A DNA stretch of 60,006 nucleotides, the filler included, from Sphacelaria rigidula (taxonomy: Eukaryota), in the NCBI GenBank assembly GCA_964200075.2. It is 7 parts of 7 records of this genome, joined end to end, with 100 filler letters (N's around TTAATTAATTAA, not from the genome) between each part and the next. Parts side by side here need not be neighbours in the genome. Positions count along the whole stretch, not along the records: positions 1 to 8,488 come from CAXNAA020010994.1; positions 8,589 to 17,076 come from CAXNAA020010995.1; 5 more parts are not named here. One strand, written 5' to 3'. Shown piece by piece: positions 1 to 11,956 of this stretch. The notes beneath the pieces were generated by a model. It did no database searches, was not told the origin of the DNA, and worked only from the letters and a program-made list of their open reading frames with translations. The position numbers and the translations under genes are program-made. How positions within the stretch are numbered: position 1 is the first letter of the stretch; every line of letters begins with the position of its first letter.

Positions 1-249
1 CGTTAGGAGCCTCTGAACCAGACAAAATTTCGCGAAAAAAGTGCACCCCTACCGTAGCATTCCTCTATAATGCCTTTCGTACATTCATAACGGCTCTCAC
101 CAGGTGAGGGAAGGCGCTTTTCATCAGATCCCCTCATCTTGAGAGAAAATATTGCCGGAGTTTTTTTCGAGTCCTGGGAAAATTCGCAGGGGACAGGGAG
201 TTTGGTGTCTGGGAGTTATCATCCCATCTATTCTGGACGCCAGTCTCGG

Positions 250-425
250 CCGGTCGCCCCGTCCCGGTGGCTCAGTTGGTAACCTGGGAACCTTCAGACG
301 GTTGGATCGTGGGTTCGAATCTCGGTGCAGTCACATGATCTGGGATTTTTTCTCACATGTGCCCGACAGTGGAGAGCGACTTTGTCGTGAGTATACAAAT
401 TCGACTTCACGGTCGACGAGGGACA
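250..425 (+). mobile_element. tRNA-derived SINE (head plus start of body; 3' end not defined)
   Basis: Pol III A box TGGCTCAGTTGG (268-279) and B box GGTTCGAATC (312-321), with no proper cloverleaf. A near-identical head is at 59937-60006 and a related copy at 49365-49525. Confidence 0.65.
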
Positions 426-1204
426 GAACAATCGACCAAAAGAAATGAAGATAGAGCTTTTCATTGAGGACGAGGAAGCCCCGGAACAGTGCGCGGAAAG
501 TGCCCATATATATTTGTTGTCCAAAAATATTTCGGTAGTTGCGAAGGGCATCACAACAATTTGAAGCGGCCTCGACCAAGTTCGAAGTGCACTGGGGGGA
601 ACGCGGCAATGGTTGATTATGGAAGAACGCAATCCCAACTAAGTTGATAGCGCACCAGGGAGAGCCGGCGACGGTGTATCATGATCTTCTATCCATACAA
701 GACATCCTCTCTCCCTCACGTGGGTTGCCAGTGAGCAAAAATAGTTGGTATTATTGCTAGTGATCAAAATACGATCGCCATGATGTGGTCTGTTTCGGTA
801 TACGCCATGCTCTCTACCTTGGGTTGTCTGTGCGGTCGGGTACACCACACGGTAGATCTTTCTCGCCATAATTTGTCAGGAGTGCATTTATATATGGATG
901 AGAAGCAGGCGAGGATAAGCTCTTGAGCTCTGATATTCGGAACAATCAACACAGACCACTTTTTAAATTGAGCTGACAGTGGGTGGTTACGCAGACAAAG
1001 AAGGGACTGCTGAAGCACTCTCGACGTGAAATATAAGACAAGCACCGCAGAAGGAAGGTGAAGTACTAAATCAGAAGAAGAAAAAAAAAACCTCCTGTGT
1101 TGGCCATCCTCCTGTGTGACCCCGGCTGGTGCGTCAGATATATTCCAAAAAGTGTAGACCGGCGTCCAGAATAGATGGGATGTCAACACAACAGCACACA
1201 GTCT

Positions 1205-1456
1205 TGTAGCCTCTGCCAGACGATCTGGACAAGAGGACTTACAACGAGGGACTCCTCCAGTATCTCTGGCCTCGTGCTCGACACGCCCTTTCTTCTAACT
1301 TGTTATCATCACGGAGTGATCCTCAACAGACCACAAGCCAGACAGCACGGGCCACACAGAAAAGGGCCATCAATCCAGGATCCCCTGTCCCCTGCCACTG
1401 CTCCAATCATGCATACGGTTATATTGAAACCTACGGCTTGGTATCATTTGGCTACA
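1205..1456 (-). repeat. 3' LTR of Gypsy copy 1
   Basis: TG...CA termini with a 6-bp inverted repeat; direct repeat of 6955-7212 (about 88% identical by manual count); preceded on the minus strand by a PPT-like TTTGAGGGTGC. Confidence 0.92.
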
Positions 1457-1528
1457 GCACCCTCAAAGCGAGTTTAAGACAAACGAACGACAACCAACAA
1501 AAACCAAGGCGAAATCGCATACGCCGGA

Positions 1529-4500
1529 TCACAAAGAAATACCATCCTCCGACGCTAGTTTACTTGTCAGCGCCCGAGTCAACCGCAGTTTACGCAGTTC
1601 CTTCGAAACAAATTTAGGCGCAGAAGAATCAGTCTTGTGGAGAGACTCCCACGTACGCTCTCCAGCATCGAACCCATCCCAATCGACCAAAACAATGACA
1701 CCACCATTGTCATCCTCAGCGACGTGCACCAAAGCATTCATCCGACATTCACCTTGACACTTTCTACGATAGCCCCCCACCCCAAAGTGCATGGTTTTGG
1801 GAAGCGAAATCTTCACGTAAATCGAAATGGGAAAAGCCGAGCACAACGAGGAGGGGGGCATTCCCACGCTTGGGTTCCTCCTAGCCAATGTCGCCAATAT
1901 GAGGCGCTTCAAGCAGCCTTAACCCAAGCATCGGGCGCTGTATGGCCATTTCTTTCGTGACACTTTTGGGCTGGTTTTGGGGGGTGGGTATCGTAGAAAG
2001 TGCGTCCCTTGAGCATACGAATGCTGAAATACATATTTTATTTCCGCAATGATGTGCAACTGCGAGTTAGCATAGAAACGCAAACAAGCGACATGGGCGG
2101 AGTGTACGGCGCCAGAAACAATGTTCTGCCCCGGAAACACATGAGCGTGATCGGCTATAACCACTCGCCATGGACCTGTCCATGTGGACATCAACTTGGG
2201 CGTCACACTTTGCCTACGAACACGGGCATACAACACGAAATCGCCAACTGCAAAAAACTTGGGCAACGCAGCCTGGCCTTGAGCAAGCTTTCGTTTGGTT
2301 TCGCGAGACACCGCGACAGCAGCTTGCACTTCGTCACAAAACCGCACTTGCTCGTTAACCACGCCTCAAACCTTGTCACACAACGTATCAGCATCCATGA
2401 CATCGACGTCCCACCCGCCGCCAGTGACAGAAGCTAGCGCGGAAAACGCTGAACACGGCGCACGCTCAAACATCACACAATACGGAGTGTTACAGTAGCG
2501 TTCACAAAATCAAGTATTCAACGCCCACTGAGCGGCTGGCAAAACATCAACCCATTCAGACACCGACCGTCTTTGTTCTGACAAAATGGACCGCAACGCA
2601 CGAACAACCTCTTTCAACATGCGTTCACAAGCACCACTCGACCAAGGGTAAACGCAACAGCAAATTGGTTTTGTACTTTTAGCGCGTCGCTCAGCTGCGC
2701 GATTACTTGGTTCTTGAAGTGCGTGGCGGTATCACTAACCCCCACACCCGGCACCCTCGAAGTCTTGCATCAATGCATCATGTGTTTAGCCGTCACCTCC
2801 GCGATGCAAGCCTCGGTCGACTCTAACCAAACGAAATTGGACAAATAATCCATAATGATCAAAACGTACCGAAAACCATCCTGCAAGCCATCAGCACCTT
2901 CAGGTCCGCTACTCCCGACGCACAGAAGTTCATATTGAACAACTTTACCTGGCGCTGTACCATGCACAGTATCGCCATACGGACGAGGTACAATCGCATC
3001 AGCACGAGTGTCTACACAGTGCAAACACTGGCGAACGAGCGAACGTGGGAATCCATGTGAGGCCACACACACTATTCTTTCGAACGAAACAGAGTCAGCG
3101 CCACACCACGGTAATCAGCCGACCACATGTGAGAGCACACCATCAAGCGAGTTTGTAAAGCCTCATTACCCGCCGGAATCCACAAAGCATCACTACTGCC
3201 AACACGCACGCGGAACAAACTATCGTCAGCCAAGGCAACTTGACCGAAAGTCGTAGGAAAAGAATGAACACCGTCGTCGGCTGTTGTGCGCTGCGCGGCA
3301 CGAACGACATCTGACGAGGGCAGCGAATCATCGGCATCACACGGGCTGTACACGGCAACAGAACGAAGAGACAGGTAAGCAACCTTCACCCAGACGACAA
3401 CAAATCTCCCCAACAATTGCGCTCTCCAGGAATGTGTTCAATGGCATACTGATATTGGTCGAGCATTCCTTTCCAATTTTCAGGCCGTTGTGCCATGGCC
3501 TTCGTCATTGATGTGACACACTCTTCGGGGTTGAAAATGTATTTTAGATTGTGATGATCAGTGAAACTGCGAACGCCACCCCAAAGCAGGTACTCTAGCC
3601 TTCGAAATGTATTGACTATCGCGAAACCTTCTTTGTCCACTGTCGCCCACCGCAACCGTGAACCCTTGAAGCTACCACTCAGAAAAGCCAACTGTTCATG
3701 TGACATGCTTTCGAGCGCAATGCCACTATACTACCCTCGGCGATAGGCACTTGCCTTAAAAATTACCCCAGTGGAAATCCGAAGCATCTGGAAATATCAA
3801 AACAATGCACCCTGGACGAGGATGATACAGCGGCACCGCGTGCGCCACCAAATCTTGCGCAGCACGTCATGCTCGCACACGACCCTCCGTCCAAGCGTGC
3901 TCCGGGATGAAATATTACGCGCCACCCGCTTGGTTCGACGCGAAGCCCCCACCATAAGTTGTTCCAAAAACACACAAAGCGGCGCAACTACTTCCGCCAT
4001 GCGCGGGAGCGAACTCCGCAACCAATCTACCGCCTGCAGAAACTACATCAGCTCACTAGCTGTTTGAGGACGTTGCATATTGCTCAAACCTTGGATGCAG
4101 ACGGGATCATGCGAAACAGTACCCTTGGAGTACACCTTACCACACCAAACCACTTCGCGGGCAAAAAAGGCACACTTGTGCGCAGCGACGAACAGACCAA
4201 CACTCTCCAAGCGGCCAAGAATTTTGTCGAGCAGAGCTAACAATGCTTCTTCGGTTTCAGCAAAAAAGAAAACGTCATCCACCTACACTTTACAGTCTAG
4301 ACCTCGCAAAATGTCAGTCATCACACCTTGAAAATACGCCGTGGCGTTCAACACGCCCTGCGGGACACGAGTAGGCGTAAACAAACCGTCCGGCGTGACG
4401 ATCGTGAAGACCTCCTGAGCCTCCGGCGCCAGAGGCATCTGCCAATACCTCTGGAGCAGGTCCAACTTGCCGAAGCATTGGGCTCCCAGCAACTCCCGCA

Positions 4501-6700
4501 TGTCTTCTTGGCTTGGCATCACCCCCGGAGATCGTTCCACTTGCGCGTTCACCGCCTGATAGTCGCCGACCAAACGGAATGCGTCCCTCTTCGGCACCGC
4601 CATCGCCGGACTCGCCCACACAGCTTGGATGTTCCTAACCACTAAACCAAACGCCGCCAAAGCTGCGATGCATGAGGCAAGCCACCCGGTCTTCACCGGA
4701 TCATAACATCTTTGCTTGGCCTTTGCAGCTTTTGCCTGTGGCTTGAGGTGAACCCTCATGGGCTCCACGCGCGCTGGCGGATCACAACACAGCGCACAAC
4801 GAAATATATCCACGCGACGAGCCAAAAAATCGCGCAGACGATATGCGCCATCGGCGCTCAGGCCCTTCTGCTCGGCCTGCTGCATACTATCCTCAAGCGC
4901 ACGTTCTCTTGTACCTCACTCCTCCGCAGGATCCATGAGCATGTCGGGCCCCCGATCGACCAAGCGCCCCACCGCTTCATCCGCAGGAGCCTCCTCCTCA
5001 TTGGCGCTCTGCAATGATCGTATGAATACGGTCACACGCCTCGCAGCAAGATAGCTGGGGTTTTCCACCTCGGTTTGCACCGGCACAGCACGCGGGCGTA
5101 ACTTATCCAACGCCAGCGGGTACAACTCAATCCCGAGCTCCTTCAACGTCGCCATCCAAAAGAGAACCACGTTGTCCCTACCGGGCATGACAGCGAACGT
5201 GATGGGCTGCAACTCCACAACCCCCGACGGCGTACGCACGCTGACAGTAATCGGCGCCGATTTCGAACGGAATCTGTCACGAGAGCACCCGTGGTGGTCT
5301 GTGCCGTTTGCGGTCCGTTTTCGAACGGAATCTGCAGCTAAACGCTGCCGAACTGCGAAGACACTTGTTCCAGCAACCCCACACCGATCGACGTGAGCGC
5401 GGACCCAGAATCCAGAATAACGCGGGCCATGAACGAACCCGACGGAGTCAGTCAAGGAAAGATCTGCGCGTAAGCATTCAGCCTTGCGATCGACAGGTAC
5501 CACGCCTGCCGAAGAACCCTGGTCGGTACCAAGAGTCACCTGACGCCAGGGCTGCGCTCCAGCACTTGACGTCGACACCTGAAAATCGGCGGTCCACTCA
5601 GACCACGTCGCCGAATATGCAGACGCCGCTATTATAGCCGTCGCAGCAGTAAGAGATGCACCAGACACGGATCCTGCCTGGGCGAGGGGTTGCAATTTTT
5701 TCGCTCCAGCACTACCCACCGAAGTATTTGCATTTCCCACGTACTCTGTCCGCCTCGACACGGACGAACCACCTGATCCAGAGTCACCACCTGATGACGT
5801 AGTGAAAGAAACAGCAGCAGAGAAACCACCATCCGCCGCCTATTGCTTGCTACCGCGGCCGCCGCGCCCGTGTCCATGGTTGGCACGGCCCCGTCCACCG
5901 TGACGACCGCCTCGAGATCCTGATGAATCTCGCGTATTTCCTTGAGCAGCGCCGTGAGCGCGAGGCATGGGGCAGCCCTTAATCAGGTGTTCGGTGTCGC
6001 CGCAGTTGTAATACGCGCGAGTGGACGACGCTCGCGAAGACGGCTGCTGTTTCTGTTGCTGCTGTTGTTTGCGGCGCGCACCACTTGCACTTACCGCAGA
6101 ATCGCACCTGCCACCCGCCTTGATGAACTTCCACTGGTCGGCGGCATCAAATATTTTGTTGAACGCCACCGTCGGATTATTTTTCCAACCGTCAACGTAC
6201 GTTAGTACACTTCTGACATATGCCTTGAATTCCGGAGGCGAAATCCCGTCTACCAAAGCTGTGGAAACCGACTCGGCCGGGCCTGGCAACCAGCTCCTGT
6301 CCTCCGCACGGTGCATGGCTTACACCGTCAGGCTTTCAGCGAAAAACGTTTCCGTCGATGAATTGACCATCATCGCACGATCCTTGACGGATGTTCCACC
6401 GCTTTGTGGCGTAGTAAGAACTCTACGTAGGTCTGCTGCAGCCCGCGCAGTGTCATGCTTGCCGCCGGTTGTGGTGTACCCGGCATGCTGCTTCACAGCA
6501 TCTAGCAATTCGCCGGGGGTCATAGCCCGACGGTTCTTGTACATGCCTTCAAAACACCGGTGAATATATGTTGGGATAAGTCGTCCGATGCTCACCCTGG
6601 CATGCCGTATGACTCCTTGTGCATTGGCCAAATACAACCTCTCTAAACAGTCAGGATATTTGGCGTGAAAAACGTTTGACGCTTCCTCGGTCCACACCTC
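1529..6700 (-). pseudogene. gag-pol polyprotein remnant (gag/CCHC, protease, RT, RNase H, integrase, chromodomain) with many stops and frameshifts
   Basis: Motifs: YYNCGDTEHLIKGCP (zinc knuckle); KLDLLQRYWQ, PQGVLNA and *VDD (RT); VDKEGFAIV and TDHHNL (RNase H); CLHC and MDYLS (integrase); LVDWDGFDAGERTWESL (chromodomain). Confidence 0.92.
1756..2006. mobile_element. MITE-like insertion inside the Gypsy integrase-chromodomain junction
   Basis: 14-bp perfect inverted repeat CACTTTCTACGATA (1758-1771 / 1989-2002), flanked by duplicated CCTT(GA) (1752-1757 / 2007-2012). Absent from copy 2, where HSYAQGECRMNAL is contiguous. Confidence 0.85.
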
Positions 6701-6954
6701 GCCATACTTTGGCGGGTCTAGCGGCTAACCTTACACCAGCGGCGCTGCTGCCGCTTGAGCCATGTCGTTTAGGATTCAAACACTTCACGGAGAGACCCTT
6801 GCCTGACTTGTTCGTCCTTCAGCCAACAGAGCGTCCTTCACTGCTGTGCGCTTCAAGTTACATGTTTGCGTCTGCGGGCCAAACTGCTTGTAGCTGCGGG
6901 CCTTCTCCTCAGCCAAATTCCTCCAACAGAGTGCCGAAAAGAGTATCTAGATAT

Positions 6955-7212
6955 TGTAGCCTCTGCCAGGCGATATGAAAAAGAGGACTTCCAACGAGGG
7001 ACTCCTCCAGTATAATTGGCCTCGTGCTCGGCAAGTCCTTTCTTCTAACTTGTTATTATAACGGAGTGATCCTGAACAGATTACATCACGAGCCAGACAA
7101 CAAGGGGGCACGCAGCAAAGGGCCATCAATCCAGGATCCCCTGTCCCCTGCCACTGCTCCAATCATGCATGAGATTATACTGAAACCTACGACTTGGTAT
7201 AATTTGGCTACA
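6955..7212 (-). repeat. 5' LTR of Gypsy copy 1
   Basis: TGTAGC...GCTACA termini; repeat of 1205-1456; followed on the minus strand by ATATCTAGATAC and then gag. Confidence 0.92.
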
Positions 7213-8488
7213 GCTCGTAGCAAAAAGCCAAGTTCAACACCTTTGACACGAGCACCCCACGTTTGCGCGAGGCAATCCTCAGGGTAACCATCGAGGCGTC
7301 CGACGATCGTATCTTCTATCTTCTCGCCCCGCTACTGTCCTGGTTACTTCCCTCCAGGAAGATCATATTTACCCTGTAAGGCTGAACGACGGCTTGCATA
7401 GCACAAGGCTTAACTCCCATCGGGATGTCCCGTACATCACTTTTCCCACTCCGTGTACGGTTCACCATGAGTCGCTACTCCACTAATGCTTCCGAGTAGA
7501 CCTTCGCTGTCAAAAGCTTGGCCAACGATTCCCCCACACTTTGTACCAGCTTCTATCCTTCAATATGTCAACAAGTCTACGTACCGCTTGGTGCTCCTTC
7601 TCGTAGACATTGGTAAGGTGCTTGTTTAATGAGTGCAGTAGGTCTTGGCGTTCATTTCATGCATTATCCACCCCTTCCCTTCATTAGGTGCCTTTTGTAC
7701 CTACTGTCGGAAACTTCAGAAAAATGGCTGACCAGATTTCCACCGCCTACTAGATTCTGGTGAGGTTGTCAGGTACTTCACCACGAGGCCCCAACCTCCA
7801 AATAAATTTAACATGGAGGGGGTGATGACCTCACCCTATCCGTACTTGTTATGTATTTTGTATGCTCGATTTGCATGTAAGATGGTCAATCAACCTTCAC
7901 GCAATTAATTGCTTGCCTATATTTCGGTTGTATTCTTGTCTTTCCTTTGTGATGATATGGGGGGGGGAATCTCGGTTATTTCCCGTCTTGATATGGGAAA
8001 GTAGATGTATTTTTCTCTCAACTTTACGTCTATATCCGTGCTGTGTTACGGTAGGTTACAGAACAAGCAGGCTTAGCTTCTTCATTTCATGTCTATGCCC
8101 CGGCTGTGTTATGGTACTTCCTCTCTGTCCCAGAAGTCTGGTCGGTTATTTTTTTTTTTCGGGTGCAACCGTGTTGACGATGACCTTATAGTTGGGTTCT
8201 GTCGAAAGATAAAGCGTATACGAAGCTGATGAAAAAAACAGAAAATAACCTTGTTTTCAACACTAGAATCAGGTCAGAATATCCTCCATTTTGCCTTCTT
8301 TTGTTTTCGAGAATTCCCATGAGATTTGCTTTGTGAATTATTTGGAGAATTCGTGTTAAACATTCAACACCTAGCCCACAGGCATCACAATACGATGGAC
8401 TTTTCTCTGAGTACCCTCCCCCACCCCACCCCTCCCTCCTGCTCCGTCTCGAAAGGGATGCGCGGTCAATGGTCAAACGACTAAGGCA

Positions 8489-8588
8489 NNNNNNNNNNNN
8501 NNNNNNNNNNNNNNNNNNNNNNNNNNNNNNNNTTAATTAATTAANNNNNNNNNNNNNNNNNNNNNNNNNNNNNNNNNNNNNNNNNNNN
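8489..8588. other. Artificial contig linker (N44-TTAATTAATTAA-N44)
   Basis: Identical 100-bp spacer with stops in all six frames. Confidence 0.99.
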
Positions 8589-9401
8589 GAACTCATTGCC
8601 CAACAAAGCGGGGTGGGTTCATGGGTGTAATGTATCTTGCCACACTGTGTTCGTGTTTGGTTGACTTATCATGTTTAAACTGAGCGACCCGCTAGGAAAT
8701 TTAGCCGTGGTAACCACAAGGCGTGAATCGCCAAAGGAAACTCGTGTACGTGCATTAAGGCGCCGTCGAGCTCCCGATATGTATCTGAATATCGACATAA
8801 GGGACCAAAACAATTCTATACTGGGTCAAGTGACTTTGCGAAGTGGTCGTTGTCGGGCAACACGCAAACACACGCGCAGACGGCCATACATGGGAAGGTT
8901 CGGCGGTGGGGTTGAGAGGCGATGATGGAGGGGACGTGGCGCCCAAGTTTCGAAACGGTTTTCCACTTCAAGATTTCGAGGGAACATGGGGGTGAAAGGG
9001 ATCGTACCTTGATTTTTGAAATAAGGACACCGAGCGCAAACTGTAACGTGAAAAGTATAAATGAAAAACATTTGATGAACACCAACAGTCACCATAATCA
9101 TTCACGTGTATCTGTGTGTTTCGAGTATAATATCTTCGAGTAATATTCTCCGTTCCGCAGAGCGTTCACGTTCGTGCGTGTTACTTCTGTGAAAAACTTC
9201 TTTCCCGAATTTCGGTGAGAAGATCAAAAATGTATGTATGCGTGCGTGCATGCATGCGAACACCAGGATCAGAGCGTCGTCGGTAACCAAATGATTTTAT
9301 TAGCTTGTTGGGGAAGGGGGGGGGGAAAAAAGAGTTGAAGAGCATGCATGGCTTTCTGAAAAGACATGAGATATACGTCTTTTGGCGGTAAGCCGACACA
9401 C

Positions 9402-9549
9402 CTTTTCCGCCTCAAAGTCGCGACGGAGTACGAGGATGAGAGAGGTCTTTTCCATGCAGTCGACGATATCTTCGTCCGTGTTCGGCAGACGCCAAAAGAA
9501 CACGGCAAAAATGCCGAGGATCTGGCCGAATATCCACTTGAAGAAGTAC
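9402..9549 (-). CDS. Coding exon 2 of an unknown protein (YFFKWIFGQILGIFAVFFWRLPNTDEDIVDCMEKTSLILVLRRDFEAEK)
   Basis: Pyrimidine-rich acceptor ...TGTTTCAG| and donor AAG|GTGTGT; 148 nt (1 + 49 codons); GC3-rich codons; phase matches the exon at 11730-11956. Confidence 0.65.
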
Positions 9550-10310
9550 CTGAAACATTTAAAGGCCGAAAAAATAAAAATACAGGCGACACGTGCAGAA
9601 CGTGACCGGCGGTCCTGGTTCTAGACACCATGCGCTAGCTAACCGGTGGATGTAGTGATCTCATTTTCAGAAGAGAGCTGAAAGATTGTGAGGGGAGAAG
9701 AGGGTACGGCGGGGGGGGGGGGGGGGGGGGGGGTGAAGGTGGATCTTTCACACAGGGAGTACGTACCGTGCAGGTTTGCTGGATACAGTGCACGAAACTC
9801 ATGAAAAATCATATTCCCGAACATGATGTTTGAACAACGTCTTCGGTGAAAATTGTGCCGTTCTTTAAGACCAATATTCGACGACGGTCCCCAGTTGAAC
9901 GATAATAACAAAATAAATTCAAAGAATGGGGGCAAGGGTGGTGAAATAAAGCGGCGACGCTAATGGAATATTATTAATCTCATGCCATGGTCTTTAAGGG
10001 CTGTGGATGCCGCTTTGGAGGCCGAGGGGTTGGGCATGTAAGGTCACTGCTGGTATTCTCGATATACGTGATGCGCGTGGCGGGGGTGCAGGGTAGTTTT
10101 GCAGAAACAGTCCGCGGCGTTGATCAAAGTAACGAGATTCAACTGACGTATTGAGGCATGTTGAAGAATGAAGAGGTTTCGATTATTCAGCGTATAAATT
10201 GCGACGTGTGAGGAATTCTACGGTAGGGGTGCACGTTCTTTCCAAACGTTTTCGGAGGCGGCACACGAAGGCCCAGATATTTGTCGACAAGAGGCTCCGA
10301 CACTGCCGCC

Positions 10311-10600
10311 CAGTTGTCGGTGCAAGATAGACATACCCAACGGAACCAAAACGGAAACGCTCGTTGAAGAAAAGGAAGGAAAAAGTGGGGGGGAGAAGAC
10401 GAAATAAGAAAAAAATGACGTGAACTGAAAAAAAAAGTATCAACAACAAAACAAAGCCAAGCAGGAAATGAGAAGTGAAAAGTAACGGCACGGAGAACAA
10501 TAAAACAAAACGGCAAAAATAAAACGGTCCCGACCAAAACAGAGAGGAACGGAAAGAAACGGAACAAAAGGAACAAAAAGGAGTCCCGACAAGTGTGGAA
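10311..10600 (-). mobile_element. 5'-truncated LINE 3' UTR fragment (same family as 43423-47060), intronic
   Basis: Reverse complement reads TTCCTTCCTTTTCTTCAACGAGCGTTTCCGTTTTGGTTCCGTTGGGTATGTCTATC, matching about 46940-46995; T-rich UTR composition. Boundaries approximate. Confidence 0.65.
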
Positions 10601-11729
10601 ATCCATGCACTGCGAGCAACCCAGCGGCCTCTTACGGCCACTTCGTAAGCTGCAAGGTATACGCGCGCCGTTTGTTTTTTAGAATACGGATATAGAAGCA
10701 TCATAGAAGGAGATAAACATATAGAAAATAGCGTACATATCCTACATGAGCGTAATGCTATACCCAGAAACAACTGTCCGGCAAAAAGTACCACCTCAAA
10801 CCCTGCCAAGGATGACACTCGTGATACTACCACAGCCCATGGTACGTAGCATTATGAAACGATCCGATGGCGTCGCGGTTGAAAGGGCATAGTCCCAGAG
10901 TTATCGGATGGACGGTAAAAGCGGCCACGCCCCTTAGCCGACAGCTCGAACTAAAAGAAATGCAGCTTTGGCGAAGTATCAAGTCTATTCCTTGCTCGAC
11001 GCGCACGATTTTGAATGGTAGTCGTGACGAACGGTCGTCGATGATGTACTGTAAGGACGTGTTTTTTTGTTTCATCCGGAGATCCCTTACAGGGCCGCTT
11101 GAGAGGATACGAATGTCGGATAGACCACAAAGGTTGATGAAAACATGATAAACACGGGAGCTTGTAACGTTCACAAGAAGAAGTCCTCGTTTCCTGTACT
11201 CAGACACATCACTACGGTCACTGACAACATCGACGCGTAAGCTAAAAACTATTGGCAACGAAGCGTCATATCGAACCCTCATTAGAATTGCTGGGGGCTC
11301 TCACAGTGCAGAGTTGGACACCCAGAGACCATATCTCGTGCATTCTGCGATGTGCAGACAGTACAGTACCGTACAGATCTGCTCAGACGTATCTATTCCG
11401 ATAACAACAGATGGATAAATGTGACTGGCTCAAGCCAATCAGCGCATCGGAAAACAGCTACATCATTTCATGTCACGCTGATCTTTTTTATCAGGGGGTT
11501 CACTGACACTTGGTTCTGTTCGCCTAACAATGTCTTACGATCACGCTGAAAAACAAAAATGCGTTTTCCCGAAACCGGCTTTTCTTCTGGTCGACTATCC
11601 AAGTATTTTTCAAGCGCGTAAGTACAGTGTTCCCACGAATGAGAGGCGTACCTGAACAGACCCCACACTAATCAACATTACCATCTATCCAAATTGCCCG
11701 CATCCATAACGATCACAACAGATACTCAC

Positions 11730-11956
11730 ACAGGGATCTGAATGGTGTGGTGAGCCCTGTACAGCTTGCCGTGCAGGTGGTGTGGCTCGAGGTACATGCC
11801 GGTGGTGATGGGCTTAGCCCCCGGGTGGGGTGCGGGGGAGAGAGACCTCCGGCGGGTGTGGGAGGGAGACGTGGCGCGCGCATTCTGGTTCTGGTCTCCT
11901 GGCAACAGTTTTTTAGGCGCTCCCTCACTTTCCGGTTTGACTTCTCCCTCACACAT
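11730..11956 (-). CDS. Probable first coding exon of an unknown protein (MCEGEVKPE...MYLEPHHLHGKLYRAHHTIQIP)
   Basis: ATG at 11956 lies downstream of a strong acceptor (TTTTACAG, about 11996). Donor GT|GTGAGT in phase 2 splices in frame to 9549, giving ...IQIPVYFFKWIFG... Confidence 0.55.

Larger units (their letters stand above)
1205..7212 (-). mobile_element. Ty3/Gypsy LTR retrotransposon (chromodomain-bearing), degenerate, copy 1
   Basis: Paired LTRs with TGTAGC...GCTACA ends at 1205-1456 and 6955-7212. Minus-strand gag, zinc knuckle, PR, RT, RNase H, integrase and chromodomain fragments lie in Gypsy order. Homologous throughout to 18737-24351. Confidence 0.95.

Noticed and set aside
250..330. 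Functional tRNA gene (also 49365-49430 and 59937-60006)
   Set aside because: A and B boxes are present but there are no convincing acceptor or anticodon stems, and a shared non-tRNA body follows. This fits a SINE better.
640..1189. Minus-strand ORF 764-1189 as a gene
   Set aside because: No recognisable domain and no convincing splice-site pair.
5840..5842. Programmed stop-codon readthrough between gag and pol (CAA TAG GCG, in frame)
   Set aside because: Copy 2 has GAG at the homologous codon (about 20066), so the TAG is more simply a post-insertion mutation in a single gag-pol ORF.
7230..7800. Protein-like but broken minus-strand frames, possibly another retroelement remnant
   Set aside because: No recognisable motif and no defensible LTR or PBS boundaries.
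10183..10833. Hydrophobic F/L-rich ORFs (also 46676-47017) as membrane proteins
   Set aside because: They are translations of the T-rich LINE 3' UTR.
10635..11050. Extra small exons (YIIDDRSSRLPFKI and LTKWP) between the two exons of the contig-2 gene
   Set aside because: They require the weaker GTGTGA donor. The strong GTGAGT donor already splices in frame directly to 9549, and RNA-seq would be needed to resolve this.
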